From Bacillota bacterium (GTDB lineage: Bacteria > Bacillota > Clostridia > Acetivibrionales > JAMNYG01), in NCBI GenBank assembly GCA_023622945.1, contig JAMNYG010000056.1:284-64283 (forward strand): a stretch of DNA of 64,000 nucleotides, given 5' to 3'. This document shows, in pieces, positions 30,060-42,284 of the stretch. Numbering within the stretch: position 1 is the stretch's first letter; each line of letters begins with the position of its first letter. Under the pieces are notes generated by a model that did no database searches, was not told where the DNA came from, and saw nothing but the letters and a program-made list of their open reading frames with translations. Position numbers and translations under genes: made by a program.

Positions 30060-30220
30060 CCAACGGCTTACGGTTAACGGATTGATAGGTATGGGTGAAA
30101 ACCCGTTCAGCCTATAGATAAAACTGCCGGTTTGCCGGCAGTATAAGCGCAGTATGCGCTTTTAACGCTATACAAATGTATATGCGCTGTAATACGGCGC
30201 AAAATTGGGAGGTGGAAACG

Positions 30221-30646
30221 ATGGCAAAGAAAGTTGTCGGTTATGTAAAACTTCAAATACCTGCAGGAAAAGCTACTCCGGCTCCACCGGTTGGACCAGC
30301 TTTAGGACAGCATGGCGTAAACATAATGGCTTTTTGCAAGGAGTTTAATGAAAGGACTGCAAAGGACGCGGGCCTGGTAATTCCTGTAATCCTCACCGTT
30401 TATTCGGACAGGTCCTTTACGTTTATCACAAAAACTCCTCCGGCTTCTGTACTTTTGAAGAGGGCATGCAAAATAGAGAGCGGGTCAGGTGTTCCTAACA
30501 GGGAAAAGGTAGCAAAGATATCCAAGGAAGAAATCAGAAAAATAGCTGAACTTAAAATGCCCGACCTTAATGCTTCAAGCATCGAAGCAGCCATGAGCAT
30601 GATTGCCGGAACAGCAAGAAGCATGGGTATAGTTGTTGAGGACTGA
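30221..30646 (+). CDS. rplK: 50S ribosomal protein L11
   Basis: [43 protein letters not shown]... RBS GGGAGGTGG. Confidence 0.97.
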   Translation: MAKKVVGYVKLQIPAGKATPAPPVGPALGQHGVNIMAFCKEFNERTAKDAGLVIPVILTVYSDRSFTFITKTPPASVLLKRACKIESGSGVPNREKVAKISKEEIRKIAELKMPDLNASSIEAAMSMIAGTARSMGIVVED

Positions 30647-30733
30647 TAAAGTTTCAAACAGATTGGAAGGTTCAAATCACGTGGGAGGAAACAGGTGTTT
30701 CCGTAACAATTTACCACAAAGGAGATGATATAT

Positions 30734-31429
30734 ATGAAAAGAGGAAAGAAATATCTTGAAAGCGTTAAGCTTGTAGATAAAACAAGACTGTACGATCCTA
30801 CCGAAGCCCTTGAGCTGGTGCAGCAGACTGCAAAAGCAAAATTCGATGAGACAGTTGAAGTCCACATAAGGCTGGGCGTAGACTCAAGACATGCAGATCA
30901 GCAGGTAAGGGGAGCGGTTGTTCTTCCCCATGGAACCGGCAAAAAAGTAAGGGTATTGGTATTTGCAAAAGGTGAAAAGGCCAAAGAAGCTGAAGATGCC
31001 GGAGCTGAATATGTAGGTGCTGAAGACCTGGTAGCAAAAATACAGAATGAAAACTGGCTTGATTTTGACGTGGTAGTCGCTACTCCCGACATGATGGGTG
31101 TTGTAGGAAGACTGGGTAGGATCCTGGGACCAAAAGGCTTAATGCCCAATCCCAAAGCCGGAACGGTGACAATGGATGTGGCAAAGGCCATTGCGGATAT
31201 CAAAGCCGGTAAGATTGAGTACAGGCTTGACAGAACGAATATTATCCATTGCCCCATAGGCAAGGTTTCATTCGGTACCCAAAAGCTTGTTGAAAACTTC
31301 CGCACCCTTATGGATGCGATAATCAGGGCAAAACCAGCCGCTGCAAAAGGGCAGTACCTTAGAAGCATAGTGGTTTCATCCACAATGGGACCCGGAATTA
31401 AAATAAATCCCGTAAGGGTCATGGATTAA
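30734..31429 (+). CDS. rplA: 50S ribosomal protein L1
   Basis: [50 protein letters not shown]... RBS AAGGAG. Confidence 0.97.
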   Translation: MKRGKKYLESVKLVDKTRLYDPTEALELVQQTAKAKFDETVEVHIRLGVDSRHADQQVRGAVVLPHGTGKKVRVLVFAKGEKAKEAEDAGAEYVGAEDLVAKIQNENWLDFDVVVATPDMMGVVGRLGRILGPKGLMPNPKAGTVTMDVAKAIADIKAGKIEYRLDRTNIIHCPIGKVSFGTQKLVENFRTLMDAIIRAKPAAAKGQYLRSIVVSSTMGPGIKINPVRVMD

Positions 31430-31548
31430 TAAACAGAATAATGAGTCATTTCTGATAAGATTAAGATGAAGTTAAGATAATGAATGGTTTTTTAATAGAA
31501 TAGTGTAGACAAGTTAAAAATTATATAGTAGTATATACAATGTCAATT

Positions 31549-31689
31549 AAACAGAACCCACTGCCATAGACAGCAGGTGCGAAAGCGTAATAGGTTGCAA
31601 AACCTTCCTGCCGAGGTGAGTTGGAGCATATATTCTTGCAAGGAATAATTCCCCTCGTACGTCTATGTCTGTGCGAGGGGTTCTGTTTT
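31549..31689 (+). promoter_or_regulatory. rplJ 5' leader RNA (L10-leader-like structured element with terminator-like hairpin)
   Basis: Long-range pairing of AAACAGAACCC (31549-31559) with GGGGTTCTGTTT (31677-31688), enclosing internal helices. The hairpin CCCCTCG...CGAGGGG (31651-31680) is followed by TTCTGTTTT. The position directly upstream of rplJ matches the Firmicute L10(L12)4 autoregulatory leader. A TAGACA-17-TAGTAT promoter-like site lies at 31505-31533. Confidence 0.55.
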
Positions 31690-31724
31690 GAAGCAACTAT
31701 ATGCGAGGGAGGTGGACACGTCAG

Positions 31725-32264
31725 ATGCCGAGCCAAAAGGTTTTGGAAAGAAAAAAGCAAGCGGTGTCCGAGCTGTCGGGTAAAATAAAGGAAGCAAAGG
31801 CTTTTATACTTGCTGATTACAGGGGACTTACCGTTCAACAGGATACCGAACTCAGAAAGGCTTTAAGGGAAGCAGACGTTGAGTACAAGGTTGTGAAAAA
31901 CTCTCTGGTAAGGCTTGCAATGGAGGAAAACGGGCTGGATGCCATAACTCCTTTCCTGGAAGGTCCAACGTCAATTGCCCTGAGCAACACGGATCCTGTG
32001 GCTCCCGCAAAGGTTCTTTCAGAATATGCCAAGAAGTTTGAAAAACTTGAACTGAAAGTGGGAGTTGTTGAAGGTAAGGTTATCGATATTAACGGCATAA
32101 AAGCTCTTGCGGATCTGCCACCGAGAGAGGTCCTGATTGCAAAGGTACTGGGAGGATTCAATGCACCTATATCAGGTTTGGTAAATGTTCTAATTGGTAA
32201 TATCAGAGGTCTGGTGGTAGCGTTAAACGCTATCGCAGAGAAAAAAGCAGGCCAACAGGCTTAA
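31725..32264 (+). CDS. rplJ: 50S ribosomal protein L10
   Basis: MPSQKVLERKKQAVSELSGKIKEAKAFILADYRGLTVQQDTELRKALREA... RBS GGGAGGTGG lies 9 nt upstream. Confidence 0.96.
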   Translation: MPSQKVLERKKQAVSELSGKIKEAKAFILADYRGLTVQQDTELRKALREADVEYKVVKNSLVRLAMEENGLDAITPFLEGPTSIALSNTDPVAPAKVLSEYAKKFEKLELKVGVVEGKVIDINGIKALADLPPREVLIAKVLGGFNAPISGLVNVLIGNIRGLVVALNAIAEKKAGQQA

Positions 32265-32310
32265 GTAAATTCCAGAAAATTCTAATTCTAATTAAATGGA
32301 GGTATTTATA

Positions 32311-32700
32311 ATGGCTAGCGAAAAGGTAACAAAACTTATTGAGGATGTTAAAGCGCTTACTGTATTGGAATTGTCTGAACTGGTAAAGGCTTTGGAAGAG
32401 GAATTCGGAGTTTCCGCGGCTGCACCGGTAGCAGTTGCAGCAGCACCGGCAGCAGCAGGAGCAGCTGCAGCAGCACCTGCTGAAGAACAGACAGAGTTTA
32501 CAGTAGTTCTTAAGGAAGTTGGACCCGAGAAGATCAAGGTTATCAAGGTTATCAGGGAAATAACAGGCTTGGGTCTCAAGGAAGCTAAGGACCTTGTAGA
32601 CGGAGCTCCCAGCAACGTTAAAGAAAATGTTTCCAAGGAAGAAGCTTCAGCTATCGAAGCTAAATTGAAGGAAATAGGAGCTACAGTAGAAATTAAATAA
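32311..32700 (+). CDS. rplL: 50S ribosomal protein L7/L12
   Basis: [39 protein letters not shown]..., Ala-rich hinge, ...[15 protein letters not shown]... Confidence 0.97.
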   Translation: MASEKVTKLIEDVKALTVLELSELVKALEEEFGVSAAAPVAVAAAPAAAGAAAAAPAEEQTEFTVVLKEVGPEKIKVIKVIREITGLGLKEAKDLVDGAPSNVKENVSKEEASAIEAKLKEIGATVEIK

Positions 32701-32725
32701 GAAGAAAAGCTAAGAAGCATCAGAA

Positions 32726-32757
32726 AGGGGTTTCTTGGAAAAAAGAAGCCTCTTTTT
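32726..32757 (+). terminator. Rho-independent terminator or attenuator after rplL
   Basis: 11-bp stem AGGGGTTTCTT (32726-32736) / AAGAAGCCTCT (32743-32753) including 2 G-U pairs, loop GGAAAA, then TTTT. Confidence 0.75.
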
Positions 32758-32814
32758 GTTGACTTTGGATTAATAATTAGAGGGATAAAAAACAAAAAAA
32801 GAGAGCAGTAACTG

Positions 32815-32843
32815 TTGACAAGTTGAACCAGGTATGCTACAAT
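32815..32843 (+). promoter_or_regulatory. Near-consensus sigma-A promoter upstream of rpoB
   Basis: TTGACA (32815-32820), a 17-nt spacer, then TACAAT (32838-32843) with an extended -10 TG (TGCTACAAT). This implies an rpoB leader of about 395 nt. Confidence 0.65.
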
Positions 32844-33243
32844 CATATACTGCGTTATAATTTGTGCTTGTATTGTAAAAAATTTCTTGCTGAAGTACCT
32901 GACGAATTGTGAATAAACTGTGAACTCATTTAAATTATAGCATAGAGGAATAAAGAAGGCAATAACTGTTAATAATATTTTAGTGATTACGAGCTTGGAT
33001 AATACATAGTATATGCATGGCAGTAGAAAAATATTCATATAAAATAAATATTGGGCGAACAATATAAAGCTTTTATTTGCAGGATAAAAGCTTATGTGCA
33101 TATATATACATATATATCTAGCCTTATCAGATCATTATACAGCAGAAGTGCCTGCTTTAGCGCTTGAGCCAGTTCTTTTAAAAAACGGTGTTTCTTTTGG
33201 CCGAAAGCTGTAAATAAAGTCATAACATATGAGGTGATATTTG

Positions 33244-36200
33244 ATGGTACATCCCGTTAAACTTGGCAGAAACGTAAGAATGAGCTACTCAAAAATCAAC
33301 GAAGTCCTGGAAATGCCAGATCTCATCGAAGTCCAGAAGAAATCCTACAAATGGTTTCTTGAAGAAGGTCTCAGAGAAGTCTTCAGAGATGTTTCCCCCA
33401 TCACCGATTACACAGGAAATCTGATACTTGAATTCATCGACTATTCCCTTGATGAAGAGCCCAAGTATAGCATAGAAGAGTGTAAAGAGAGGGATGCTAC
33501 GTATTCTGCGCCTCTAAAGGTAAAGGTCCGTCTCATAAATAAGGAAACCGGAGAAGTCAAGGAACAGGAAATTTTCATGGGAGATTTCCCTTTGATGACT
33601 GATACCGGTACTTTTATCATAAACGGTGCTGAAAGGGTAATAGTAAGCCAGCTGGTAAGATCGCCCGGTATCTATTACGATATGAAGTTCGACAAGACCG
33701 GAAAGAAACTGTTTTCAAACACCGTGATACCTAACAGAGGTGCCTGGCTGGAGTATGAAACCGATTCAAATGACGTTATATCGGTAAGAATAGACAGAAC
33801 AAGGAAACTCCCCATAACGGTATTGGTGAGAGCTCTTGGATACGGTACCGATCTTGAGATTACCCAGCTGTTCGGTGAAGATGAGCGTATTATGGCAACC
33901 ATTCAGAAAGACAGCGCCAAGACTGCCGACGAAGGGTTGCTTGAAATATACAAGAGACTGAGACCCGGAGAGCCGCCCACTGTTGAAAGTGCGCGCACGC
34001 TTGTTCATAACCTGTTTTTTGATCCTAAAAGATATGACCTTGCCAAGGTCGGAAGATACAAGTTCAACAAGAAACTGTCACTGGCTGCCAGGATAAACGG
34101 ATTCAGGGCAGCTGAAACCATTGTTGATCCCAGGACAGGAGAAATACTTGTTGCCGCGGACGAAGTAATCGGCAGGCAGCAGGCCGAGGCAATCCAGAAT
34201 GCAGGTATTAATTCGGTTGTCCTTAAGGTTGAAGGCAGAAACGTTAAAGTAATCGGGAATAACATGGTAGATCTCAAAGCACATGTGGATTTTGACGTGT
34301 CCGACCTGGGAATAAATGAAAAGGTGAAATATGATGTCTTAAAGAGAATACTTGACGAAAATGAGGGCTACGACGAGACAACCATTAAGAGAGCATTGAA
34401 AGCTGCAGTTGATGAGCTTGTACCAAAGACCATCACTGTTGAGGATATAATAGCATCTATAAGTTACATCATTAATCTTAGTTACGGAATAGGCAGCATT
34501 GATGACATAGACCACCTGGGAAACAGAAGGCTTCGTTCGGTTGGGGAACTCCTTCAGAACCAGTTCAGGATAGGGCTTGCCCGAATGGAAAGGGTGGTAA
34601 GGGAGAGGATGACTATACAGGATATCGATATAGTCACTCCCCAGGCATTGATAAATATACGTCCTGTAGCGGCTGCGGTTAAGGAGTTCTTTGGAAGCAG
34701 CCAGCTTTCACAGTTTATGGACCAGACCAACCCTCTGGCTGAACTGACACACAAAAGAAGGCTGAGTGCGCTGGGACCGGGAGGATTGAGCAGGGAGAGA
34801 GCAGGATTTGAGGTTCGTGACGTTCACTACTCCCACTATGGACGCATATGCCCCATAGAAACTCCTGAAGGACCCAACATCGGTCTTATAAACTCTCTCA
34901 GCACATATGCCAGGGTTAATGAATACGGCTTTATTGAGGCTCCTTACCGCAAAGTTGACAAGGAAAAGGGAGTTGTAACCGACGAAATCGTTTACCTGAC
35001 CGCAGACGAAGAAGACGAATATTATATTGCACAGGCCGGAGAGCCTCTTGATGAAGAGGGCAGATTTATTAACCAGAGGGTTCTTTGCAGATACAAAGAT
35101 GAAATTCTGGAGGTTGAAAGGGAGAAGATAGATTATATCGATGTTTCTCCAAAGCAGCTTGTTTCGGTGGCTACTGCAATGATCCCGTTCCTTGAAAACG
35201 ATGACGCCAACAGGGCGTTGATGGGTTCCAACATGCAGCGTCAGGCCGTTCCCCTTATTAAGCCTGAAGCTCCGATTATAGGTACCGGTATTGAATACAA
35301 GGCCGCCAGGGATTCAGGAGTGGTTGTCATTGCCAAAAATGACGGTGTTGTGGAAAAGGTTTCAGCCAATGAAATCATAATAAGGACGAAAGACGGCGGC
35401 AGGGATGTGTATAAGCTTCTCAAGTACAAGCGTTCCAACCAGGGAACCTGCATAAACCAGAGGCCTATAGTAAAGAAAGGCGATATGGTGAAGAAAGATG
35501 ACGTTATTGCTGACGGTCCTTCTACCGAGAACGGTGAGATTGCACTGGGCAAGAACGTGCTTATAGGGTTTATGACGTGGGAAGGTTACAATTACGAAGA
35601 CGCCATACTCATCAGCGAGAAACTGGTAAAAGAAGACGTATTTACATCCATACACATAGAGGAATATGAGGCGGAAGCAAGAGATACAAAGCTTGGCCCT
35701 GAGGAAATAACCAGGGATATCCCCAATGTAGGTGAAGACACCCTTAAGGATCTGGATGAAAGGGGCATCATCAGGATAGGTGCCGAAGTAAGGTCGGGAG
35801 ACATCCTTGTAGGAAAGGTTACTCCCAAGGGTGAAACCGAACTGACGGCCGAGGAGAGACTTCTGAGGGCCATATTCGGTGAGAAGGCCAGGGAAGTAAG
35901 AGATACGTCTCTGCGCGTACCGCACGGTGAGCAGGGCATCGTGGTGGATGTCAAAGTGTTCAGCAGGGAGAACGGAGATGAGCTTCCTCCCGGGGTCAAC
36001 CAACTGGTAAGGGTTTATGTAGCCCAGAAGAGGAAAATATCGGTAGGAGACAAGATGGCAGGAAGGCACGGAAACAAGGGTGTTATTTCAAGGATACTGC
36101 CTGAGGAGGATATGCCTTTCCTTCCTGACGGAACTCCCCTTGAGATAGTTTTGAATCCGCTGGGCGTGCCGTCCCGAATGAACATCGGGCAGGTTCTTGA

Positions 36201-36993
36201 GGTCCATCTTGGATATGCTGCAAGAGCCCTGGGCTGGGAAGTTGCCACTCCTGTATTCGACGGAGCCTCCGAGCATGATATTATCGAGACTCTTAAAATG
36301 GCAGGATTACCTGAAGACGGCAAGAGCATTTTATATGACGGAAGAACAGGAGAGCCCTTTGACAACAGGGTAACCGTCGGATATTTGTACATGCTGAAAC
36401 TTGCTCACCTGGTTGATGACAAGATACATGCACGTTCCACAGGTCCATATTCTCTGGTTACCCAGCAGCCCCTGGGCGGAAAGGCCCAGTTCGGAGGGCA
36501 GAGATTCGGAGAAATGGAAGTTTGGGCTCTTGAGGCTTATGGTGCAGCTTATACTCTGCAGGAACTTCTGACCGTAAAATCGGATGACGTCGTGGGCAGA
36601 GTTAAGACCTACGAGGCCATTGTAAAAGGCGAAAACGTTCCTGAGCCCGGAATTCCTGAGTCGTTCAAGGTGCTTATCAAGGAACTCCAGAGCCTGGCCC
36701 TGGACGTGAAGGTTTACTCTGAAGAGCAAGAGGAGATTACCATCAAAGAGTCGGTGGAAGATGAGCTCGATGAGCTGAGCGTTAATATTGAAGGCAAGGA
36801 AGATGAAACTCCGTTTACCGATTATGACTATAACGATATGGATGAAGGTGAACTGGAGGATGAAATTGACGATTTGGACCTGGATGACTTGGGCAGCGAT
36901 GTCGATGATAATCTGGACGAGGATTTCACCGACGACCTGTTTGCAGATGATGACGATCTGGACTTAAACACTGATGACGACAGTGATTTTTAG
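33244..36993 (+). CDS. rpoB: DNA-directed RNA polymerase subunit beta
   Basis: Full-length RpoB (...[21 protein letters not shown]..., ...[24 protein letters not shown]...). ATG at 33244 is 6 nt after GAGGTGA. Long acidic C-terminal tail. Confidence 0.98.
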   Translation: MVHPVKLGRNVRMSYSKINEVLEMPDLIEVQKKSYKWFLEEGLREVFRDVSPITDYTGNLILEFIDYSLDEEPKYSIEECKERDATYSAPLKVKVRLINKETGEVKEQEIFMGDFPLMTDTGTFIINGAERVIVSQLVRSPGIYYDMKFDKTGKKLFSNTVIPNRGAWLEYETDSNDVISVRIDRTRKLPITVLVRALGYGTDLEITQLFGEDERIMATIQKDSAKTADEGLLEIYKRLRPGEPPTVESARTLVHNLFFDPKRYDLAKVGRYKFNKKLSLAARINGFRAAETIVDPRTGEILVAADEVIGRQQAEAIQNAGINSVVLKVEGRNVKVIGNNMVDLKAHVDFDVSDLGINEKVKYDVLKRILDENEGYDETTIKRALKAAVDELVPKTITVEDIIASISYIINLSYGIGSIDDIDHLGNRRLRSVGELLQNQFRIGLARMERVVRERMTIQDIDIVTPQALINIRPVAAAVKEFFGSSQLSQFMDQTNPLAELTHKRRLSALGPGGLSRERAGFEVRDVHYSHYGRICPIETPEGPNIGLINSLSTYARVNEYGFIEAPYRKVDKEKGVVTDEIVYLTADEEDEYYIAQAGEPLDEEGRFINQRVLCRYKDEILEVEREKIDYIDVSPKQLVSVATAMIPFLENDDANRALMGSNMQRQAVPLIKPEAPIIGTGIEYKAARDSGVVVIAKNDGVVEKVSANEIIIRTKDGGRDVYKLLKYKRSNQGTCINQRPIVKKGDMVKKDDVIADGPSTENGEIALGKNVLIGFMTWEGYNYEDAILISEKLVKEDVFTSIHIEEYEAEARDTKLGPEEITRDIPNVGEDTLKDLDERGIIRIGAEVRSGDILVGKVTPKGETELTAEERLLRAIFGEKAREVRDTSLRVPHGEQGIVVDVKVFSRENGDELPPGVNQLVRVYVAQKRKISVGDKMAGRHGNKGVISRILPEEDMPFLPDGTPLEIVLNPLGVPSRMNIGQVLEVHLGYAARALGWEVATPVFDGASEHDIIETLKMAGLPEDGKSILYDGRTGEPFDNRVTVGYLYMLKLAHLVDDKIHARSTGPYSLVTQQPLGGKAQFGGQRFGEMEVWALEAYGAAYTLQELLTVKSDDVVGRVKTYEAIVKGENVPEPGIPESFKVLIKELQSLALDVKVYSEEQEEITIKESVEDELDELSVNIEGKEDETPFTDYDYNDMDEGELEDEIDDLDLDDLGSDVDDNLDEDFTDDLFADDDDLDLNTDDDSDF

Positions 36994-37011
36994 TAGGAGG
37001 GAGATAAAGCT

Positions 37012-40000
37012 ATGTTGGAACTCAGCAATTTCGATTCAATAAGAATTAGTTTAGCGTCTCCTGAAAAAATCAGGGAATGGTCGCGCGGTGAGGTAAAAAA
37101 GCCTGAGACCATAAACTACAGGACTTTGAAGCCGGAAAGAGACGGTTTGTTCTGCGAGAGGATTTTCGGTCCCCAGAAGGACTGGGAGTGCCATTGCGGT
37201 AAATACAAGAGAATCAGATACAAAGGCATAGTGTGCGACAGGTGCGGCGTTGAGGTTACCAAGTCAAAGGTAAGAAGGGAAAGAATGGGGCATATAGAAC
37301 TGGCTGCCCCTGTATCCCATATCTGGTACTTTAAGGGAATACCCAGCAGGATGGGGCTTATTCTTGACATGTCCCCCAGGGCTCTTGAGAAGGTATTGTA
37401 TTTTGCAGCATATGTTGTGATAGATCCCGGTCAGACCCCACTGTCAAAGAAACAGATACTGACCGAAAGGGAGTACAGGGACAGTCTTGAAAAATTCGGG
37501 AACAACTTCCGGGCCGGAATGGGAGCAGAAGCGATAAAGGAGCTCCTTGCAGAAATAGATCTTGACAAACTCTCTGAGGAACTGAGAGCGGAGCTTGAAA
37601 ATACAACAGGGCAGAAGAAAATAAGAACAATAAAGAGGCTGGAAGTTGTAGAGGCTTTCCGCCAGTCGGGAAATCGCCCTGAGTGGATGATACTGGACGT
37701 AATACCGGTTATTCCTCCTGAACTCAGGCCGATGGTACAGCTGGACGGCGGAAGGTTTGCAACTTCAGACCTTAATGATCTCTACAGAAGGGTTATCAAC
37801 AGGAATAACAGGTTAAAGAGGCTTTTGGATCTGGGTGCGCCGGACATTATTGTAAGAAATGAAAAGAGGATGCTCCAGGAAGCCGTTGACGCACTTATAG
37901 ATAACGGCAGAAGGGGAAGACCGGTTACAGGTCCGGGAAACAGGCCTCTTAAATCTCTTTCGGATATGCTGAAGGGAAAGCAGGGCCGCTTCAGACAGAA
38001 TCTGCTTGGAAAGCGTGTCGACTATTCAGGCCGTTCGGTTATAGTTGTCGGTCCGGAACTGAAAATATATCAGTGCGGATTGCCCAATGAAATGGCCCTG
38101 GAGCTGTTTAAGCCTTTTGTAATGAAGAAGCTTGTCAGCGACGGCCTTGCTCATAACATTAAAAGTGCCAAGAGGATGGTGGAAAGGGTAAAACCCGAGG
38201 TATGGGATGTACTGGCAGAGGTCATAAAGGAACATCCCGTGCTGTTAAACCGCGCTCCTACCCTTCACAGACTCGGTATACAGGCTTTTGAACCCGTGCT
38301 TATAGAGGGAAGGGCTCTGAAACTTCATCCCCTGGTTTGTACTGCATATAATGCTGACTTTGACGGTGACCAGATGGCCGTTCACGTGCCCTTGTCCGTA
38401 GAAGCACAGGCTGAAGCAAGATTTCTCATGCTGTCTGCCAACAACCTGCTTAAGCCCCAGGACGGAAAGCCCGTTACGGTACCTACCCAGGATATGGTTC
38501 TTGGCAGCTACTACCTTACAATTGAACGCAAGGGTGAGGCAGGAGAAGGCAAAGTGTTCTGTTCCTCCGATGAAGCCATTATGGCTTATACTGAGGGTGT
38601 TGTCGGACTTCATGCGCCTATTAAGGTGAGGATGGAAAAAGTCATCGACGGCCAGCGCAAATCCAAGATATTTGAGACCACCGTGGGAAGGCTGATTTTC
38701 AACGAAGCCATACCCCAGGATTTGGGATTTGTCGACCGTTCGGATCCGGAAATGATGCTGGCTCCTGAAATTGATTTCCTTGTTGACAACAAGGCTCTCA
38801 AGAAAATCGTTGACAGATGCATAAAAGTCCATGGAATGGCGGAGACTGCAATTGTATTGGACAAGATAAAAGAGCTGGGATTTAAGTATTCAACCAGAGG
38901 AGCCATAACCATCGGTGTGTCCGACATGATTATTCCTGAAGTCAAAAAGCGCTACCTGGAAGAAACCGAAGAGCGCATAGAGAATATCACAAGGCAGTAC
39001 AGGAGAGGCCTCATATCCAATGAAGAAAGATACAATGCGGTAATCACCGCATGGACGGAAGCCAGCGAGAATATTACCAAGGCCCTCATAGAAAATCTTG
39101 ACAGGTTTAATTCTCTGTACATGATGTCCAACTCAGGTGCAAGAGGTAACATAAACCAGATCAAACAGCTGGCCGGAATGAGAGGACTCATGGCCGATAC
39201 TCAGGGTAAGACCATAGAAACGCCGATAAAGGCAAGCTTCCGAGAGGGACTGAATGTTCTTGAGTATTTCATCTCCGCTCACGGCGCAAGAAAAGGTCTT
39301 GCCGACACCGCCTTAAGGACCGCCGACTCCGGATACCTGACAAGGCGTCTTGTAGAGGTATGCCAGGACATCATCGTCAGGGAAGTGGACTGCGGTACCA
39401 AAGAATATGTAGAAGTGTCGGAGATCAAGAACGGAAACGAAGTCATAGAAGACCTCGCGGAAAGAATTACCGGAAGATATTGCGCCGAGGATGTGGTACA
39501 TCCTGAAACAGGCGAAATCATAGTGAAAGCCGGTGTAATCATAAGCGACAGGGATGCCGAGAGAATTACGGAAGCAGGAATAAAGAAAGTGAAGATAAGA
39601 TCGATACTTTCCTGCCGCTCAGAATATGGCGTTTGTGCAAAGTGTTACGGAATAAACCTTGCAACAGGAGAAGAAGTAAATGTAGGAGAAGCGGTTGGTA
39701 TCATTGCAGCCCAGTCCATAGGAGAACCCGGTACTCAGCTGACCATGAGAACATTCCACACCGGCGGTGTTGCAGGCGATGACATCACACAGGGTCTGCC
39801 CCGCGTTGAAGAATTGTTTGAGGCCAGAAAGCCGAAGGGTCTCTCAATCATTTCTGAAATCAGCGGTACCGTAACCATATCAGAGTCAAAGAAGAAAAGG
39901 GAAGTAATAGTGACCTCTGAAGATGGTAACTCGGTAAGCTATCTGATCCCGTATGGATCCAGGGTGAAGGTGTCAGACGGGGATCATGTCGAAGCAGGAG

Positions 40001-40509
40001 ACGAATTGACCGAAGGTTCGGTAAATCCTCACGACATACTCAAAATCAAAGGGGTCAATGGGGTTCAGAGTTACCTGCTCCAGGAAGTCCAGAAGGTTTA
40101 CAGGCTGCAGGGTGTTGACATCAACGACAAACATATAGAGGTTATAGTAAGGCAGATGCTGCGCAAGGTAAAGGTGGAAGATCCCGGAGATACCAATCTC
40201 CTGCCCGGTGGAATAGTTGATATGTTCACCTACGAAAGAGAAAACAAGAAAGCTCTTGAAGCAGGATTGCGGCCTGCTACCGGCAAGAGAACTCTTCTGG
40301 GTATCACAAAAGCTACCCTTGCCACCGAGTCCTTCCTGTCGGCAGCCTCCTTCCAGGAAACCACAAGAGTATTGACCGAAGCTGCGATAAAGGGCAAGAA
40401 AGACATGCTTGTAGGTCTGAAGGAAAACGTGATCATAGGAAAACTGATTCCTGCAGGTACAGGTATGAGCCGATACAAGGATATCACAATACGTACGGCT
40501 GAAGAGTAA
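37012..40509 (+). CDS. rpoC: DNA-directed RNA polymerase subunit beta'
   Basis: Zn-finger [20 protein letters not shown], catalytic [12 protein letters not shown], 1165 aa. Confidence 0.98.
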   Translation: MLELSNFDSIRISLASPEKIREWSRGEVKKPETINYRTLKPERDGLFCERIFGPQKDWECHCGKYKRIRYKGIVCDRCGVEVTKSKVRRERMGHIELAAPVSHIWYFKGIPSRMGLILDMSPRALEKVLYFAAYVVIDPGQTPLSKKQILTEREYRDSLEKFGNNFRAGMGAEAIKELLAEIDLDKLSEELRAELENTTGQKKIRTIKRLEVVEAFRQSGNRPEWMILDVIPVIPPELRPMVQLDGGRFATSDLNDLYRRVINRNNRLKRLLDLGAPDIIVRNEKRMLQEAVDALIDNGRRGRPVTGPGNRPLKSLSDMLKGKQGRFRQNLLGKRVDYSGRSVIVVGPELKIYQCGLPNEMALELFKPFVMKKLVSDGLAHNIKSAKRMVERVKPEVWDVLAEVIKEHPVLLNRAPTLHRLGIQAFEPVLIEGRALKLHPLVCTAYNADFDGDQMAVHVPLSVEAQAEARFLMLSANNLLKPQDGKPVTVPTQDMVLGSYYLTIERKGEAGEGKVFCSSDEAIMAYTEGVVGLHAPIKVRMEKVIDGQRKSKIFETTVGRLIFNEAIPQDLGFVDRSDPEMMLAPEIDFLVDNKALKKIVDRCIKVHGMAETAIVLDKIKELGFKYSTRGAITIGVSDMIIPEVKKRYLEETEERIENITRQYRRGLISNEERYNAVITAWTEASENITKALIENLDRFNSLYMMSNSGARGNINQIKQLAGMRGLMADTQGKTIETPIKASFREGLNVLEYFISAHGARKGLADTALRTADSGYLTRRLVEVCQDIIVREVDCGTKEYVEVSEIKNGNEVIEDLAERITGRYCAEDVVHPETGEIIVKAGVIISDRDAERITEAGIKKVKIRSILSCRSEYGVCAKCYGINLATGEEVNVGEAVGIIAAQSIGEPGTQLTMRTFHTGGVAGDDITQGLPRVEELFEARKPKGLSIISEISGTVTISESKKKREVIVTSEDGNSVSYLIPYGSRVKVSDGDHVEAGDELTEGSVNPHDILKIKGVNGVQSYLLQEVQKVYRLQGVDINDKHIEVIVRQMLRKVKVEDPGDTNLLPGGIVDMFTYERENKKALEAGLRPATGKRTLLGITKATLATESFLSAASFQETTRVLTEAAIKGKKDMLVGLKENVIIGKLIPAGTGMSRYKDITIRTAEE

Positions 40510-40544
40510 ATTTTACCGTCCGGGTCGGCATTGTTCATAAGATA

Positions 40545-40574
40545 TTGACAAAAAGAGCATTGCGGTGATAAAAT
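40545..40574 (+). promoter_or_regulatory. Sigma-A promoter candidate for the L7Ae-rpsL-rpsG-fusA-tuf operon
   Basis: TTGACA (40545-40550), an 18-nt spacer, then TAAAAT (40569-40574) with an upstream TG (TGATAAAAT). Confidence 0.55.
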
Positions 40575-40728
40575 ATTTCAGTATGTAGAGTAGGCTTGTT
40601 GCTGAAGCTGCCGATAATGCTTCTTTTAAGGCACACCGGCTGACCTGGAGGATGTCGGATAAGGTTTGTTAATCAGGTCCGGGGGCTTTTTGCCCCGGGT
40701 CTCCATTATGTCCAGGGGGGTTTAGGAA

Positions 40729-40971
40729 GTGCTGGAAGAATTAAAACACGGCAAAAAGACAGTGGGCATAAAACAATCGTTGAAAGCTTTAAGGGCCGGA
40801 AACGTCAAGATAGCCTTCATTGCAAAAGATGCTGATGAACGCTTGCTGGCCGATGTTAAGGAGGCTTGTCAAACCGGTTCTGTTGAGGTAGTATATGTGG
40901 ACAGTATGAAACAGCTGGGTAAGGCCTGTGGCATTGATGTGGGTGCCTCAGTGGCATGCCTGCTGAAATAA
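40729..40971 (+). CDS. Ribosomal protein L7Ae-family protein (YbxF/RplGB-like)
   Basis: GKKTVGIKQSLKALRAGNVKIAFIAKDADERLLADVKEACQTGSVEVVYVDSMKQLGKACGIDVGASVACLL. Canonical Firmicute position between rpoC and rpsL. GTG start after GGGGGGT. Confidence 0.88.
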   Translation: MLEELKHGKKTVGIKQSLKALRAGNVKIAFIAKDADERLLADVKEACQTGSVEVVYVDSMKQLGKACGIDVGASVACLLK

Positions 40972-41029
40972 TGTACACATATGACATATTATAAACCGCC
41001 ATATGTTTTTTGTGGAAGGAGGTGTATGA

Positions 41030-41452
41030 ATGCCGACATTCAACCAGTTGGTTAGAAAAGGGAGACAAACGGTTAAAAAGAAACCCAAGGCTCCTGCACT
41101 GCAAAGGGGTTTTAATTCCTTAAAGAAACAACCTATAGAGCTAAGTTCACCTCAGAAGAGAGGCGTGTGCACCGTCGTTAAGACAACTACTCCCAAGAAG
41201 CCTAATTCAGCCTTGAGGAAAGTGGCCAGGGTAAGACTGACAAACGGTATTGAAGTTACAGCTTATATACCCGGAATAGGACATAATCTTCAAGAGCACA
41301 GCGTTGTTCTTGTAAGAGGAGGAAAGGTCAAGGACCTGCCTGGCGTAAGGTACCACATCATTAGGGGAACCCTTGATGCTGCAGGTGTGGCCAACAGAAT
41401 GCAGGGACGCTCCAAGTACGGAGCCAAGAGGCCCAAGGCCGCTAAGAAATAA
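41030..41452 (+). CDS. rpsL: 30S ribosomal protein S12
   Basis: [13 protein letters not shown]...[37 protein letters not shown]... RBS AAGGAGGTG. Confidence 0.98.
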   Translation: MPTFNQLVRKGRQTVKKKPKAPALQRGFNSLKKQPIELSSPQKRGVCTVVKTTTPKKPNSALRKVARVRLTNGIEVTAYIPGIGHNLQEHSVVLVRGGKVKDLPGVRYHIIRGTLDAAGVANRMQGRSKYGAKRPKAAKK

Positions 41453-41705
41453 TATCCATAACGTCTGAAGCACGCATATATTTGTGTCTTTTTACCGACA
41501 TTAAATATTAGGGCAGTGCAAGTAACCATGCATTGAAATTTGAAGTGCTAAGTACGTTGTTTAATATATATGTCTATATATATAAATATACAAGTACAGA
41601 GCACTGACGACGGCGTGGTGAGTATTGGCTTCTGATATCATGGCAGGGCTGTTATGAAATCTGACGTTCACCATAGCCGCGAGTACCGATGATACTACAT
41701 GATAG

Positions 41706-42191
<486 letters not shown>

Positions 42192-42284
42192 TTCAAAACC
42201 AACGGACTATGCAACATCAGCAGACCACGTTGTGCTAACGTACGTTTAACAATCGTACTATCGCGAATATGAAAGGAAGGTTAT

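Noticed and set aside
32292-33101. 269-aa minus-strand ORF antisense to rplL and the rpoB leader
   Set aside because: It lies antisense to a highly conserved ribosomal protein gene. Its translation is low complexity (the poly-Ala mirror of the L7/L12 hinge) and it has no RBS. The same reasoning rejects the other long antisense ORFs inside pyrG, ilvD, ilvB, the ATPase, rpoB, rpoC, fusA, proA and the PBP genes (e.g. 672-1265, 10967-11575, 15759-16481, 25559-26287, 28157-28717, 35362-36069, 38245-38832, 43290-43805, 55061-55738).
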